Assembly (NCBI GenBank): GCA_021205485.1
Contig: JAJPXK010000128.1
Span: forward strand, 1 to 38,451
Direction: 5' to 3'
Origin: Clostridia bacterium
GTDB lineage: Bacteria > Bacillota > Clostridia > Christensenellales > Borkfalkiaceae
Length of the DNA: 38,451 nucleotides
The position numbers were made by a program, and so were the translations under genes. This document shows positions 16,213-27,300 of the stretch, in pieces. The notes under the pieces are model-generated. The model did not search any database and was not told the DNA's origin. It was given only the letters and a program-made list of their open reading frames with translations. Positions within the stretch are counted from its first letter, which is position 1. Every line of letters begins with the position of its first letter.

Positions 16213-19200
16213 TTATATCTCCTTGGCCGCGGGAAGATTTTCTTCTGCGCGCGGCTATGTATATAGCCCCGATGAACATTGCCGATAAAAGCCCCGTCAT
16301 TCCGCCGAATCCGCCGCCCGACGTTATAGAACCGCATCCTGTGGCCGTACCGCTCTGTACGTCTGACGAAGAATCGGCCGAACTATCGGTTGAGTCGCCC
16401 GAGCCTGAAGAATCGTCGGGAGTATCGGAAGCTTCTTCCGAGACGGATATTACCACGTATACGTTTCTGTTTAAATCGGTAATTATTACCTTTACGTCCT
16501 GGTCGTAGATAGTAAGCTCGCGGTCGTAGCCGGAGGCGAGCTGCAGGTCGCCGTTTTCGTAAGTGTAGGTTACTTCAGAATAGTCGTCGTAAGTTACAAC
16601 CACGGTAAGGCCCGTCATATCAAACGTTTCGCCCGCAATATAGCTTGACTTGTAGCTTGAAGTGTCTACCTCGGCCGAGCTGAATGACACCGTTATGCCG
16701 AACCTTGACTTGACGGCCGACAGAGCTTCCTCAGTTTCGGAAAGAAGGTCTATCGTAACGCCGCTTTCGGCAAGTTTTTCGGCGAGAAGTTCCATCTGAG
16801 TGGAATCGTTCTTTATATTGTTGTAGTAAAGGTGCGTATTCTTAACCAGGTCAGAAAATTCTGTTACAACCTCGGTAAGCTCGTCCGTTACTTCCGCCGT
16901 CAGCCAGCTATTTATTTTTTCTACGCTGTACCAATCCGAAGAAGTAAGGTTTACCGCCACGTTGTTTGTATCCACGCTGCGTACCACAGCCGTGGTGGAC
17001 GTTACGCCGAAGTAGTGGCTGTAAACGTAGTTGTCGTAGCCCGTGCCGTTAGAGGGATAACTCATAGCCAGCGTAGACGTTGTAGGAGCAATGTTGCTCA
17101 GCCCCGACGAGGTGTTGTAAACATACACAATGTTGTTTGCGAAGTTTATTAAACCCTCTTCAAAGTTGGTGTTGTACAGCCCGCGGTAGATGCCGCCGCC
17201 GTCGCCGAGATAGGTCATATAGTATGCGTAGTAGTAAGCTTCGTCTGCGGTGGTTGTTTCGTAACTTACCTCAGCCTCGAGTATAGGAGCCGTGACCGAA
17301 GTGAAGTTATACGTCTTTACGCCGCTTGACCAGAACGCGCCGATGCCTATAGAGGCAAGCTCGTACGGCAGGGTTACGTTTATAAGCGTACCTGCGGTGA
17401 GGTATGCGAACGCGTAGGCGTTTATCCTTACCGTGCCGTCCAATACGGTGTAGTCGGTAACCTTCAGGGCCGAAGGGAATGCGATAAGCTCGTAGCCTCC
17501 GTCAGAGAGCACGCGGTACAGTACGCCGCTGTCGTCGGCGAAGTAGTCATCGTTGCCTTCTTCCACAACAAACTTTGTAAGGTTGCTCGCGTTGGCGAAT
17601 ACCCCCGCCCCTATCGTCGAATACGTGTAGTCGTAATCGTAGTAAAGGTTTACGTTGTACACGGCCGAGCTTGAAAGTTCGGATACCGTCTCGGTTACGG
17701 AGCCGTCAAGATCTGCGGGAATGGTTATCGTCGCAGCCTTGTTGCCGTAGAACGCGAAGTCGCCGATGGTTTTGACCATCGAAATGTCTATTTCGGTGAG
17801 AGGGCAGTTATAGAAGGCGTAAGAGCCTATATATGTTACATTGTCTAAGCCCGTAACCGAAGCGAGGGCCGTGTTGTTCCAGAACGCGTACTCGCCTATT
17901 GAGGTGACTTTGCTTAAATCAATGCTTGTAAGCGCCGTGCAGTTTAAGAACACGTAGCCGCCTAAGCTTGTGGTTTTGCCGCCAAGCGTTACCGAGGTCA
18001 AGCTGTCGTATTCCTCTAAGCCGTAAGAGCTGTCGTATGAATAGAATGTGTACTCGCCCGCCGTAGTTGCGTCGTCGCCGAAGGTTACGCTTTCAAGGTT
18101 TGTAGCCCCGAAGAAGGTATACCAGCCTAATTCCGTCACCGAAGGCATTGCTGCCGTGGTGAGGGCCGTACAGCGGTAGAACGTAGCGTCGCCTATAACC
18201 GTTATATTGTCGGCGAGGGCTATGCTTGCAAGCGATGTACAATTTGCGAACACATAGCTGCCTAATTCGGCGTTTTGCGAAGGCGTGTACGTAAACGAGG
18301 TCACAGGCGTGCCTGCGAACGCGTAGCTGCCTATATACGTCACGCTCGCGGGGATCGTTATGGCCGTCAACGCCGTGTTTTCAAACGCGCCGTCGCCTAT
18401 CGTCGTCACGGCTTCGCCCTCAAAGGTTAAACTTGCGAGGGCCGGGCAGTTATAGAACGCCCCTTCCCCTATCGTCTTGACCGTAGCGGGTATGCTTACC
18501 GACGTAATGCCCGAGCAGTTATAGAACGCGTATTCGCCTATTTCAACCAGCCCCGCGGGGAGGGTTACGCTTGTTATACCGGCGCCTGCGAACGCGTAGT
18601 CGCCTATCTCGGTTACCGTGGAAGCTATCTCGTAGCTTTCCGCGTCGTTCAGGGCGAGTATGGCCTTGGTTTTGTCTTTATTATACAGTATATTGTTTTC
18701 AATTACAAGGGCTTCGAGGGCTTCGTCTAAAGTTATTGACGTTATGCTGTCGAATGTGGAGCCCGTAAAGGTCACATCGGAGAGGTCTGTGGTTATTACA
18801 AGTTCATTAAGCTCGCCCCTGTAGAAGATGTCTTCGCCTAAAGATGTAAGCCCCGAGGGCAGCGTGAACGATTCGATATACGTTCCGCCGAAGGCGTAGT
18901 CGCCTATGCTTGAAATGGTCACGTTTTCGCCGAAGTTTACCTGGTAAAGGTTGCCCGAGTTGTAGAAGGCGCCTCTGCCTATAGAGCCGTTTGTAATATT
19001 TTCAAACGTAACAGCAATCAGATATTTGCATCCCGAGAACGCGTAAGCCCCTACGCTGGCCGTCTGGATGGTAATGTCGCTGAAGTCCTCGCCGTCGCAG
19101 TCGTAGAACATATACGCGCCAATCGAGGTAAATTCGCCCGTGGTTATGCCTTTAAGCGAATTACATCCGCTGAACACGTATCTGCCGCTGACGTGCAGGC

Positions 19201-22200
19201 CCGTGATGTCAAGGGTTGTAACTTTTCCCGCAATGCTGTCTACCGAGTTGACGTTTATTATACATTCGCCGGAAGTGTCGCTTTCGTTCAACGTTTCGCT
19301 CAAAGTAAAGGTTACGTTTCTTACGTCGGTAGCCGTGGTGTTTTTGGTGAAGTTGTAAACGCCGTCAAGGTCGCTGTGCGTAGAACCGTTGTAATACGAT
19401 ATGGAATTTACAAGGTTTATATCGCTGTCGGCGGATACCGAACCTACAAGGCTTGTACAGCCTTCAAACGCATAGTCGTAAGCCGTGCCTATATTTTCCA
19501 GCCCCTTTATAACCTGCAGGCTTGTACAGCCGTTAAAGGCGTACCTTGCGACGGTAAACGTTTTACAGTTGCTGAAGTCCACATATTCCAGAGAGGTACA
19601 GCCTTCAAAGGCCTCCTGCTCTATCATGGTAAGTTCGGCGTCGGCTATATCCTGAGTTACCACGTCCACAAAGAACACGTATTTGAGGTTTGTACAGCCG
19701 TAGAACGCCTTTTCGCCTATCGTCGTCACCGTTTTAGGGATAATTACAGCCGTTATAGTTGTATTATCCTTAAACGCTTCGTCACCGATAGTCATTATGT
19801 TCATATCGGTAGGTATGTAAACCACGCCGCCCGAACCTGAATATTTAGTGAGCGAGTAGCTTGAAACGGTGAAGGGATCCTGCACGCTTAAAGTTACTAT
19901 GGCCGAGTACGCCTTGCCGCTTATCGTGGCGGAAATTATGGCCGTGCCCTTCTTTTTCAAGGTTACGTTGCCGCTCTGGTCTACCGTGGCGACCGATTCG
20001 TTTGACGAAGACCATACAAGCTCTACCGCCACCTTATCCGTATCTGCCACTAATTCGTAGTACCAGGGGTCGTATTCAACTTCAAGCTTTATCTCCTGGT
20101 CTATGTTCACATCCACCGTTCCGCTCGCCGCGACGGGTACGTTGCTCGAGTTATAGATAGACGCGAATGACAGCGACGGGTAAGAGGTTATAGTCTTGCT
20201 GCTGTCGTTTACCGTGACGTAAATGTCGTAATATACGTTGTTTGCGCCCGTGACGCGTATCCTCGCCGAGCCCGCCTTGAGGCCTACTATTTCGCCGTTT
20301 TTAACGGCTACGCATGTGCCGCCCGAAATAACCGTCCAGGTGAAGTTAGAAAGGTTAGCCGAGGAATAGGTTGTTGTATCCCAGTCAAGGGAGATTGTAT
20401 ATGTAGAAAGCTTGTCTACGCTCACGGCATAGTTGCCGCTGGAGTCGGTGCTTTCGTTAACGGTGAACGTATCGGGCAGTACCGACGACGTCGCCGTGCT
20501 TATATCTATAGAATAGATGCTGTGGTTTAAGGAATAGTCGTCGATTTCCACATACAGCGACAGGCCCATATCTATAATGTCGGTAATTTCTATAGTTACC
20601 GTGGTGGTGCCGTTTTTAACCGCGTTGTATACGGGGGTTACGTAGTCGGTAGCCAGAAGGTACTCGGCCTCGCCCGCGGAATCATAGTGCAGGTAGCACA
20701 GAAGCACCGCCATTGCGTAATGGTTGTCGTACACGTCAAGGTCAAGATAAACCCTCTGCTGCGCGTTGCCGTTTGTATCTTTATAGTCTACGTATCGTAT
20801 CCGAACGTCCTCTAACACGGGGGCGGTGTAGTCTATGGTAAAGCTGAACGCGAAGGTGTTGTCGTCGGTGACCTCGTTATTTTTATACTGTTCTTCGTTG
20901 AAAAAGAAGTTGAACTCAAGGTTGTACGTGCCGTTTTCCACAAGCCCTAACGCCTCGGGCGAAAGGTCAAGTTTTACGTACGCGGGGGAAGCCGAGCCGC
21001 CTCCCGCTATCGCCTTGCCTACGCGGTACACCACTTTGGTATAAATAACTTCGCCCGTGGTGTTGTCGGTAAGGGTGGCGGTGACGTATTTTGCGTTCCT
21101 CAAAAGGCCCGCGTAAAGGCCCTTTATTTCGTAGGCCGTCATATAGCTTGTAGAGTTGCTGGAAGTAGCCGTTTCGTCGTTATAGCAGGATACCGAAGCG
21201 TACTCCTCGCTGGCGTAAATCTGGTCGGCGTCTTCGTCCTGAGAGTACAGGAAGCTGCCCATAGGAAGCACGTATGTGCCGTTCCAGTATGTGGTGTAAG
21301 CCTGAGTGGCCCATACCGTTTCGGAAGCTTTTTCTTCGTCCTTTATAGAGGTATCCGCCTCTATTTCGGCTATTTCGTAAGCCGAGTAGTCAAGCATAGG
21401 GGCAGATTCCCAGTCGCCGTAGAAGCCTAAGAAAGGTATAGAAAGGTCACACTGGCCCTCGGTTTCGGAGACGAGCTGTAAAAATCCCTCTACAAACATG
21501 CCGTTTACAAAGCTCTCGTCAAGGTAAGCCTTGTCGGCTTCGGAAAGGGTAAGCGTTACCACTATCCTTGTCTGCCCTACGCCTAAAGTTACCTTGTCGC
21601 CGTTACTGTATGTTGCTCCGTTTATCGTCCATACGGCGCTCGACTGGCCTTCAAGGGTGTACGCCTGTTCGGCTACGGCGAGCCCGTCTAAAGAGAGGCT
21701 TTCGGTAAAGAACAGGGTTTTAAGGCTGAATGTCTGCGAGGCTGAGCTTACGTTGTTATAGTAGAATACAAGCGTATATACGCCTACTTTATTTTCGTCT
21801 TCGCCGATCTCTATCTTAGGCCTGTCGGTATCGGCGCCCGTATATGTGGTGCCGTGGCTTTCTATCGTTTCGGTTGAGTCGGTGGAAAGGTACGCGAGCG
21901 TGGATACTACGTTGTCCAGGCTGCCAAGGCCGGCGCCCTGCTTACGGGGCGAGTACGGCAGGCCGTCTTCGTCGTATACGGTGGTCGCCGTGCTCATTAA
22001 AAGCTGGTAGGCGAGCTGCGTAGCCTTTTTGCTGCTGTATTCTTCGCCGGGGAAGAATGTTTGGTAATTTTGCTTAATGTAGCTTAATATGTTAGCCATA
22101 AGGCCCGAAACGTTAGGGGTCGCCATAGAGGTGCCGCTCATTTCGGAATATCCGCCTGGAACGGCTGAAGTGATTTCGCCGCCGTGCGCGGTAATTTCGG

Positions 22201-24295
22201 GCTTTAATTTAAGGTCAGAGGTTACGCCCCAGCTTGAGAAGTCGCTCATAAACGGGCCCGCCTCGTAATCATCGCAGATGGTAATCGTGCCGGTGTAGTT
22301 TACCGCGGCGTCAACAAGGGCCTGGCCGGCTACCTGCGTAATGGAGATCGCGGGGATAGGATCTTCTATATCGCCTATCGTCATCTTGATCTCGCCCGCC
22401 ACGTTGTTATATACAATTACGCCGTCCAAAGCTTTTATCGTCTCGCCGCTGTCAAGCGTTACCGTAAGCGACATGGCGTTTTCAACTTTATCCTGGAAGG
22501 TATTTGTGCCTCGCTTTACCAGAGCTACAACAAGGTACCCGTCCTCTTTGGCAGCTTTTATGTACTTCTTTATAGTATTGGTATAGTCGGTTGACTGGCC
22601 TACGTTAGGGATAACTACATATTTTATATTGAGTTCGCCCGTTTCGGCGTCGTAATGCGCGTTGTCCGCGCCAAGTTCAAGCATCTCGGCCACAAAGTCG
22701 TAGTCTACGCTGTTTTCGTCGGCGGATTCGCGGAAGAACACGCTCGTCTCGCTGTCGGTGCCCGCGTTGGCTATAAGGTAGCTGCTCATTTTGCCGCTTA
22801 TGCTGGCTACCGAAATAGCCGCCGCGTATGTAGAGGGCGAGCCTACCGTGCCCGAGTCGGGGTTAGAGGCGAGGTTGGTGCCGAATGTCGAGCCGTAGCC
22901 CGAGGAATAGTCGTTGGAAGCCGCTACGACAAGGCTTATGCCGTTATCTCCTATGGCGGTGTATACGTTGTTCATATACTCGCCTTCGTCGTCGCCGTCG
23001 TCGGTGGACGAGAAGCCGTTGGTAGAACCGAGGGACATATTTATAACGTCTACCCCTAACTCTACGCAGTCTTCAAGCGCCGCGAGGATATCTTCAGTAG
23101 TGGCGCCGCCTAAATTTTCGTCGTCAAGGTCGTCGGTGAACACCTTGCAGATAACAAGCTGTGCGTAAGGCGCTACGCCGATAAATTCTTCGGTGGCGAG
23201 CGTTGTGCAGTCTTCGTCTGCAAATATATAGTCGTAACCGTCTTTGGTGTATGTGGTACTGTTTTCGTCATATCCGTCGGCGTAAACAAGGTTGCCGTCG
23301 CTGTCGGAATAGCTTGCCGCCCTGCCCGCGATAATGCCCGCTACGTGCGTGCCGTGGTTGGAATATGAAGGGTAAACGTCGGCGTCGTTGTCGGAATAGT
23401 CAAAAGCGAAGGGCACTTTGGCGCTTACGTAAACATCTCCGCTCGCGTTGAGGCCGCCCGCCGCGATAAGTTCGGCCACGTCGTCCTCGGTCCACTTTAC
23501 GTTTTGTTTAAACGTCTGCGAATATGTATAGTAATAGTCGTTTGGATCGTCGGTAAGCTGGAAAGCTTCGTGCGTGTAGTCAAGGCCCGTATCAAGGATG
23601 GCTACGGTCATGCCCTTGCCGCCGTACTGTTCTACGTAGTCGGAAGAGTCGTAAATACCCGTCGCGTACACGCTTGTTGCGTTTGTCGTAGCCGAAGAGG
23701 ATGTACTGTCGGTATCTTCGGGCTTTGAGTAGCTGTCGCCTATAACCACGCTCTCTACCCCGTCAAGCTCTTTTATCTGCGAAACGTAAGAGGTGTCTAT
23801 CTGTATGGCTACAGCGTTGTCGATATTTTTAAAGCTGTAGACTTTGGTGTACTCTATGCCCTCGGACGCGAGGTACTGGTAAAAGGCCTTATGAGACTTT
23901 TCAATATTTTCTTCCGTCTTTTTGCCCGCGGAAGTCGTCTCGTAAGAAGATACGGCAACGCCGTCGGCCCCTTCGAGCATAGAGTCTTCTTCAAAACTTA
24001 CAATGACAGTCCTCGTCTCGTAGTCGCCCGTGGTAACGGTTGTTGAGTCGCCGTCCGAGTTTGTCATTACCGAAGAACTGAAGTTGGATACCTGCAGGTT
24101 TGAAAAATCAAGACTGCCCGTCATATCGGTGTAAGAGACGGTTGTGCTCGCCTCTTCCGCCGAAGCGGTATCCGAACTTATAGAATTAAGCCCGGTATAG
24201 TCGCCTACCGTAAGCGAAAGTATAAGAACCATCGCTACCAAAAGACAGGCGAACTTTTTCAGTTCTTCTCTGAAGAATGTTGATCTGAATTTCAT
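16205..24295 (-). CDS. Giant cell-envelope-proteinase-like S8 subtilase (I9 propeptide, S8 with PA insert, Fn3-like, Big_2-like) fused to a BspA-type leucine-rich-repeat region of about 860 aa and a C-terminal TM anchor
   Basis: Signal peptide present. Triad motifs: VAILDTGLDYTHEAF (D235, codon 23591-23593), NHGTHVAGIIAG (H314), GTSMATPNVSG (S723). PA-like insert: VIPNVGQ...VALVKRG...GVIVYNNV. PFLGFYGDWE matches lactocepin and C5a peptidase. Big_2-like: VTLKKKGTAIISATISGK. About 860 aa carry IGxxAFxxCxxLxSVxxP repeats (res ~1480-2342). The tail is a Ser/Asp linker, GCGS, TM helix, RRRK. Confidence 0.9.
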   Translation of the reverse strand: MKFRSTFFREELKKFACLLVAMVLILSLTVGDYTGLNSISSDTASAEEASTTVSYTDMTGSLDFSNLQVSNFSSSVMTNSDGDSTTVTTGDYETRTVIVSFEEDSMLEGADGVAVSSYETTSAGKKTEENIEKSHKAFYQYLASEGIEYTKVYSFKNIDNAVAIQIDTSYVSQIKELDGVESVVIGDSYSKPEDTDSTSSSATTNATSVYATGIYDSSDYVEQYGGKGMTVAILDTGLDYTHEAFQLTDDPNDYYYTYSQTFKQNVKWTEDDVAELIAAGGLNASGDVYVSAKVPFAFDYSDNDADVYPSYSNHGTHVAGIIAGRAASYSDSDGNLVYADGYDENSTTYTKDGYDYIFADEDCTTLATEEFIGVAPYAQLVICKVFTDDLDDENLGGATTEDILAALEDCVELGVDVINMSLGSTNGFSSTDDGDDEGEYMNNVYTAIGDNGISLVVAASNDYSSGYGSTFGTNLASNPDSGTVGSPSTYAAAISVASISGKMSSYLIANAGTDSETSVFFRESADENSVDYDFVAEMLELGADNAHYDAETGELNIKYVVIPNVGQSTDYTNTIKKYIKAAKEDGYLVVALVKRGTNTFQDKVENAMSLTVTLDSGETIKALDGVIVYNNVAGEIKMTIGDIEDPIPAISITQVAGQALVDAAVNYTGTITICDDYEAGPFMSDFSSWGVTSDLKLKPEITAHGGEITSAVPGGYSEMSGTSMATPNVSGLMANILSYIKQNYQTFFPGEEYSSKKATQLAYQLLMSTATTVYDEDGLPYSPRKQGAGLGSLDNVVSTLAYLSTDSTETIESHGTTYTGADTDRPKIEIGEDENKVGVYTLVFYYNNVSSASQTFSLKTLFFTESLSLDGLAVAEQAYTLEGQSSAVWTINGATYSNGDKVTLGVGQTRIVVTLTLSEADKAYLDESFVNGMFVEGFLQLVSETEGQCDLSIPFLGFYGDWESAPMLDYSAYEIAEIEADTSIKDEEKASETVWATQAYTTYWNGTYVLPMGSFLYSQDEDADQIYASEEYASVSCYNDETATSSNSTSYMTAYEIKGLYAGLLRNAKYVTATLTDNTTGEVIYTKVVYRVGKAIAGGGSASPAYVKLDLSPEALGLVENGTYNLEFNFFFNEEQYKNNEVTDDNTFAFSFTIDYTAPVLEDVRIRYVDYKDTNGNAQQRVYLDLDVYDNHYAMAVLLCYLHYDSAGEAEYLLATDYVTPVYNAVKNGTTTVTIEITDIIDMGLSLYVEIDDYSLNHSIYSIDISTATSSVLPDTFTVNESTDSSGNYAVSVDKLSTYTISLDWDTTTYSSANLSNFTWTVISGGTCVAVKNGEIVGLKAGSARIRVTGANNVYYDIYVTVNDSSKTITSYPSLSFASIYNSSNVPVAASGTVDVNIDQEIKLEVEYDPWYYELVADTDKVAVELVWSSSNESVATVDQSGNVTLKKKGTAIISATISGKAYSAIVTLSVQDPFTVSSYSLTKYSGSGGVVYIPTDMNIMTIGDEAFKDNTTITAVIIPKTVTTIGEKAFYGCTNLKYVFFVDVVTQDIADAELTMIEQEAFEGCTSLEYVDFSNCKTFTVARYAFNGCTSLQVIKGLENIGTAYDYAFEGCTSLVGSVSADSDINLVNSISYYNGSTHSDLDGVYNFTKNTTATDVRNVTFTLSETLNESDTSGECIINVNSVDSIAGKVTTLDITGLHVSGRYVFSGCNSLKGITTGEFTSIGAYMFYDCDGEDFSDITIQTASVGAYAFSGCKYLIAVTFENITNGSIGRGAFYNSGNLYQVNFGENVTISSIGDYAFGGTYIESFTLPSGLTSLGEDIFYRGELNELVITTDLSDVTFTGSTFDSITSITLDEALEALVIENNILYNKDKTKAILALNDAESYEIASTVTEIGDYAFAGAGITSVTLPAGLVEIGEYAFYNCSGITSVSIPATVKTIGEGAFYNCPALASLTFEGEAVTTIGDGAFENTALTAITIPASVTYIGSYAFAGTPVTSFTYTPSQNAELGSYVFANCTSLASIALADNITVIGDATFYRCTALTTAAMPSVTELGWYTFFGATNLESVTFGDDATTAGEYTFYSYDSSYGLEEYDSLTSVTLGGKTTSLGGYVFLNCTALTSIDLSKVTSIGEYAFWNNTALASVTGLDNVTYIGSYAFYNCPLTEIDISMVKTIGDFAFYGNKAATITIPADLDGSVTETVSELSSSAVYNVNLYYDYDYTYSTIGAGVFANASNLTKFVVEEGNDDYFADDSGVLYRVLSDGGYELIAFPSALKVTDYTVLDGTVRINAYAFAYLTAGTLINVTLPYELASIGIGAFWSSGVKTYNFTSVTAPILEAEVSYETTTADEAYYYAYYMTYLGDGGGIYRGLYNTNFEEGLINFANNIVYVYNTSSGLSNIAPTTSTLAMSYPSNGTGYDNYVYSHYFGVTSTTAVVRSVDTNNVAVNLTSSDWYSVEKINSWLTAEVTDELTEVVTEFSDLVKNTHLYYNNIKNDSTQMELLAEKLAESGVTIDLLSETEEALSAVKSRFGITVSFSSAEVDTSSYKSSYIAGETFDMTGLTVVVTYDDYSEVTYTYENGDLQLASGYDRELTIYDQDVKVIITDLNRNVYVVISVSEEASDTPDDSSGSGDSTDSSADSSSDVQSGTATGCGSITSGGGFGGMTGLLSAMFIGAIYIAARRRKSSRGQGDINE

Positions 24296-24362
24296 ATGAA
24301 TCCCCTTTTGTCAAGTTTATGGCAAAATTTAGTGTATTTTTATAACGCTTTATAAAAGGATG

Positions 24363-24389
24363 CAGAAAGGGTTTTTTACGCCCTTTCTG
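24363..24389 (-). terminator. Weak hairpin or partial terminator between the two giant genes
   Basis: cagaaaggg (24363-24371) pairs with ccctttctg (24381-24389), with a 9-nt loop. On the minus strand CAUCCUUUUAUAAAG follows, which is only moderately U-rich. It lies 9 nt after the stop at 24398. Confidence 0.4.
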
Positions 24390-24397
24390 TATTGTTT

Positions 24398-27300
24398 TTA
24401 AGAGGCAGTAACGGGTACAAGGTAAAGCGTACCGTTTGTATACGCCCCTTCGGAAGATGCGTCGCTTATGGTAAACGTATATGTGACGCCGCCGCTTAAC
24501 AGTACGGTATATACTCCGTCAGATACGTAGTACCGGCCCGTGACGGTTGTATCGCCCGAAGTCATCTTTACGCTGCCGTAACTTACGACGTCGCTGCCCG
24601 CGGTGCCGTCAAAGGTGAACGTAACCGTTCCGTTTGTCCAGGAGCCGAATATTTCGCCTACTTCTGTGATATACGCGTTGGCTGAGTCCTCGGTGTAATC
24701 CTCGGTTGTGGATAATATAAGCCCGTTGTAAGCCGAAGTTATATAATAGGTAACGTCGCCCGACGCGAACGACAATATTCCGTCGTTATAGGTAAACGTC
24801 ACGCTTTCGTCGCCGTAAGCGCCTTCTATAGTTACGCCGTTTTCAAGAATGAAGCCCGTAGCGCCTATAGTAATCTGGATATACTGGCCGTAAACGGCGT
24901 AAGTGCCCGAAAAATCGTTTTCTACGATAACGTCAAAGGAATTATCGCCTATTTCCATTACATAGCCGCTGTCGGTAAGCTGTATGGCGGCCGTCATTCC
25001 GCCCGTTATATATATTGTTCCGTCGTCGCTTACGGTGTATGTAGCCGTCGAAGGCGTTGCGCCGTCGGTGATGGTAACCACGCCGCCGCCTAAATAGCCC
25101 CTGCCGTCAAAGGTGTAGTAAACCCCGTTCACTATAAATACCACGTCGGCGAACTCATCCTGAGCGGCGAGCCTTATCGCGCTGCCGTCCTCGCCAGTCA
25201 CGGCGATTTCGCCGGTGAACGCGTCGTATACAAGCGTATATACCACATTATTATATGTAAAGGAGGCGACGCCCGTCGCTGCGTCTACGGTGTAAGTTAC
25301 TTTTGTTGAGTTTTTGCTTACGTCGGTTATAGTCGCCGAGCCGTTTACAGCCCTTGTTCCCGTGCCCGCGTAAGCCACGTCGTACATGCCGAAGCCGTTG
25401 AAGACAATCAGCGCGAAGTCGTCTGAAGAGCCTACCCATGCGCCGTAGAAGTCGTCGTACATATAGAACGTATATGTAGTTGAATCTATAACGCCTGTAA
25501 GTATGCCCGTCGCCAAGTCGTAAGTAAGCGTTCCGTACAGCGTGTCGCCGTAGTACATATAAAGTTCTACCGATGTTTTTGTTTCTTCGTTCACGCAGTA
25601 CCTGAAGCCCGTAGTTCCTTCAAACTCAGCCTCGCCCCAGCCGTCTGCGTTGATGCCGCCGAGCGTTAAGGTGTAGCGGGAAATGGCGTTCGCGTAGGTG
25701 TACCATACGCCCGCCAGAGAATTTTCGGCGAAGTATGTGACGGCCTGCGTTCCGCTTGTCTTTTTAAAGCTTAAGGTACCGTCTTCGTTTATGGTTACGG
25801 TTACGGCCGTTCCGTCCGTAAGAGTGAACGAAAGAACGTCGTTTTCTATCGTATATTTGCCGCTGTCCGAAGATGAGCCGTCGGCATACGTCCAGCCGCC
25901 CTTGCCGTCAAAGGTGTAGGTTACGGGAACTATTCCGCCCTGTATCCACGCGCCCTCAAAGTCGTCATAGGCGTACAGATTTATTACGCTGCCGTTTATA
26001 GTATTCGTAAGGTATATGATTTTATTGTTTTCAATCGTCGCCGTATATTCGCGGCCCGCTTCCACAAGCTCTACCGTAAGGGTTCCGTCGTCGTCGAAGC
26101 TGTACGCTATCGAGCCGCCCGTGCCCGAGGTATATGTGCCCGTCGAATCTATATCGAAGTAATAGATGTTGCCGCTGTCGTCGTAATACTTGCCCGCGAA
26201 CGCTACGTTTTCTTCGCATATGGCCGCTAAGGGATTGTTTTTCGCGAAGAACCTTGCGAGGTAGTCGTAGTCGTCTGAATACGTGTCAACGTAATATTCG
26301 TCGCAGTCGTATATGTAAATGTTGCCGTCGTCGCCTATGTAAGCGAAGAAGTCATAATAGCTTGAAGCCTGATTGTCGGTAATTGTTACAGTTGTAGTGG
26401 TCGCAGACGAACCCGTGCCGCTTGTCTCGTAATAGGGGCCCGCGAATCTTGAGAAATACCCGTTTTTGAAGGTTATCGTCTGGCCGTCGTACTCGTAAGT
26501 GCCCGTAAGATAAATGGCGCCCTGTTCGTAGGTGTACGTGCCAGAAGCTTCAAAAGTTATGGTAGCCGTAACGCCGTTGCCCGAAACATAGTATTCCTTA
26601 TTTAATATAGGCGAGCAGTCGACGTATTTTGCGTATATCGTTATATCGCCCGTTATTACGTAGCCCGCGGGGATGCGTTCGGTGAGTCCTTCGTCAAAGT
26701 AATAGCCGTACGTGCGTTTATTGCCCGAACGTATGTAGATATTCAATCCGCCCGTTGCCCCGCTGTCGCCTAAAAGATAGCGGTAAGACATAGGTATATA
26801 CATAAGCGAGCTTGTCGCCGTGTTTTCGGTGCTGATATCAGTCTGGCTGTACGTCGCGCCGTCAACATTTACGGTGATTGTATAAGTATAGCTGAGCGTG
26901 GAGGAAATTATTACGGGATAGTCGCCGTTTAAATTCCAGTCTTCCTCGTTCCAGCCCGCCGCTAAAAGCTGCGACCTGGTTGCCGAGTTTTCCTCAGAAG
27001 CATTATCGTGAAGATTGTTCCTTAAAGTCAGGGCGAGCGAATAATACGTTTCGTACCCCGCCGCGGAATATCCGCCGTAGAGCGAGCCCGAAAAGGCGTA
27101 GTCGCCCGTCGTGGACGACGAAGCGTTTACTTCGCCGTTGAAATAGCTTGAGCCTAAATAGGTGTCGTTGCCGGCGTAGCCGACTATGCCGCCGCCGTAC
27201 GCGTACCTTAAGTCAAGCACGGTGTCCTCATAGTCGCCCGCGCCGCTTGTGTAGGTTGACGAGGCTGAAATCACGCCCGTCACGTACGCGTTCTGCACCG

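Noticed and set aside
16832-23728. Multiple plus-strand ORFs of 65-215 aa inside the giant protease gene (e.g. 19193-19840, 22655-23059, 16832-17152).
   Set aside because: They are antisense to a long, domain-rich, motif-verified CDS. Their products are Arg/Val/Tyr-rich low-information strings typical of the reverse frame of a GC-skewed gene. They have no RBS or promoter context.
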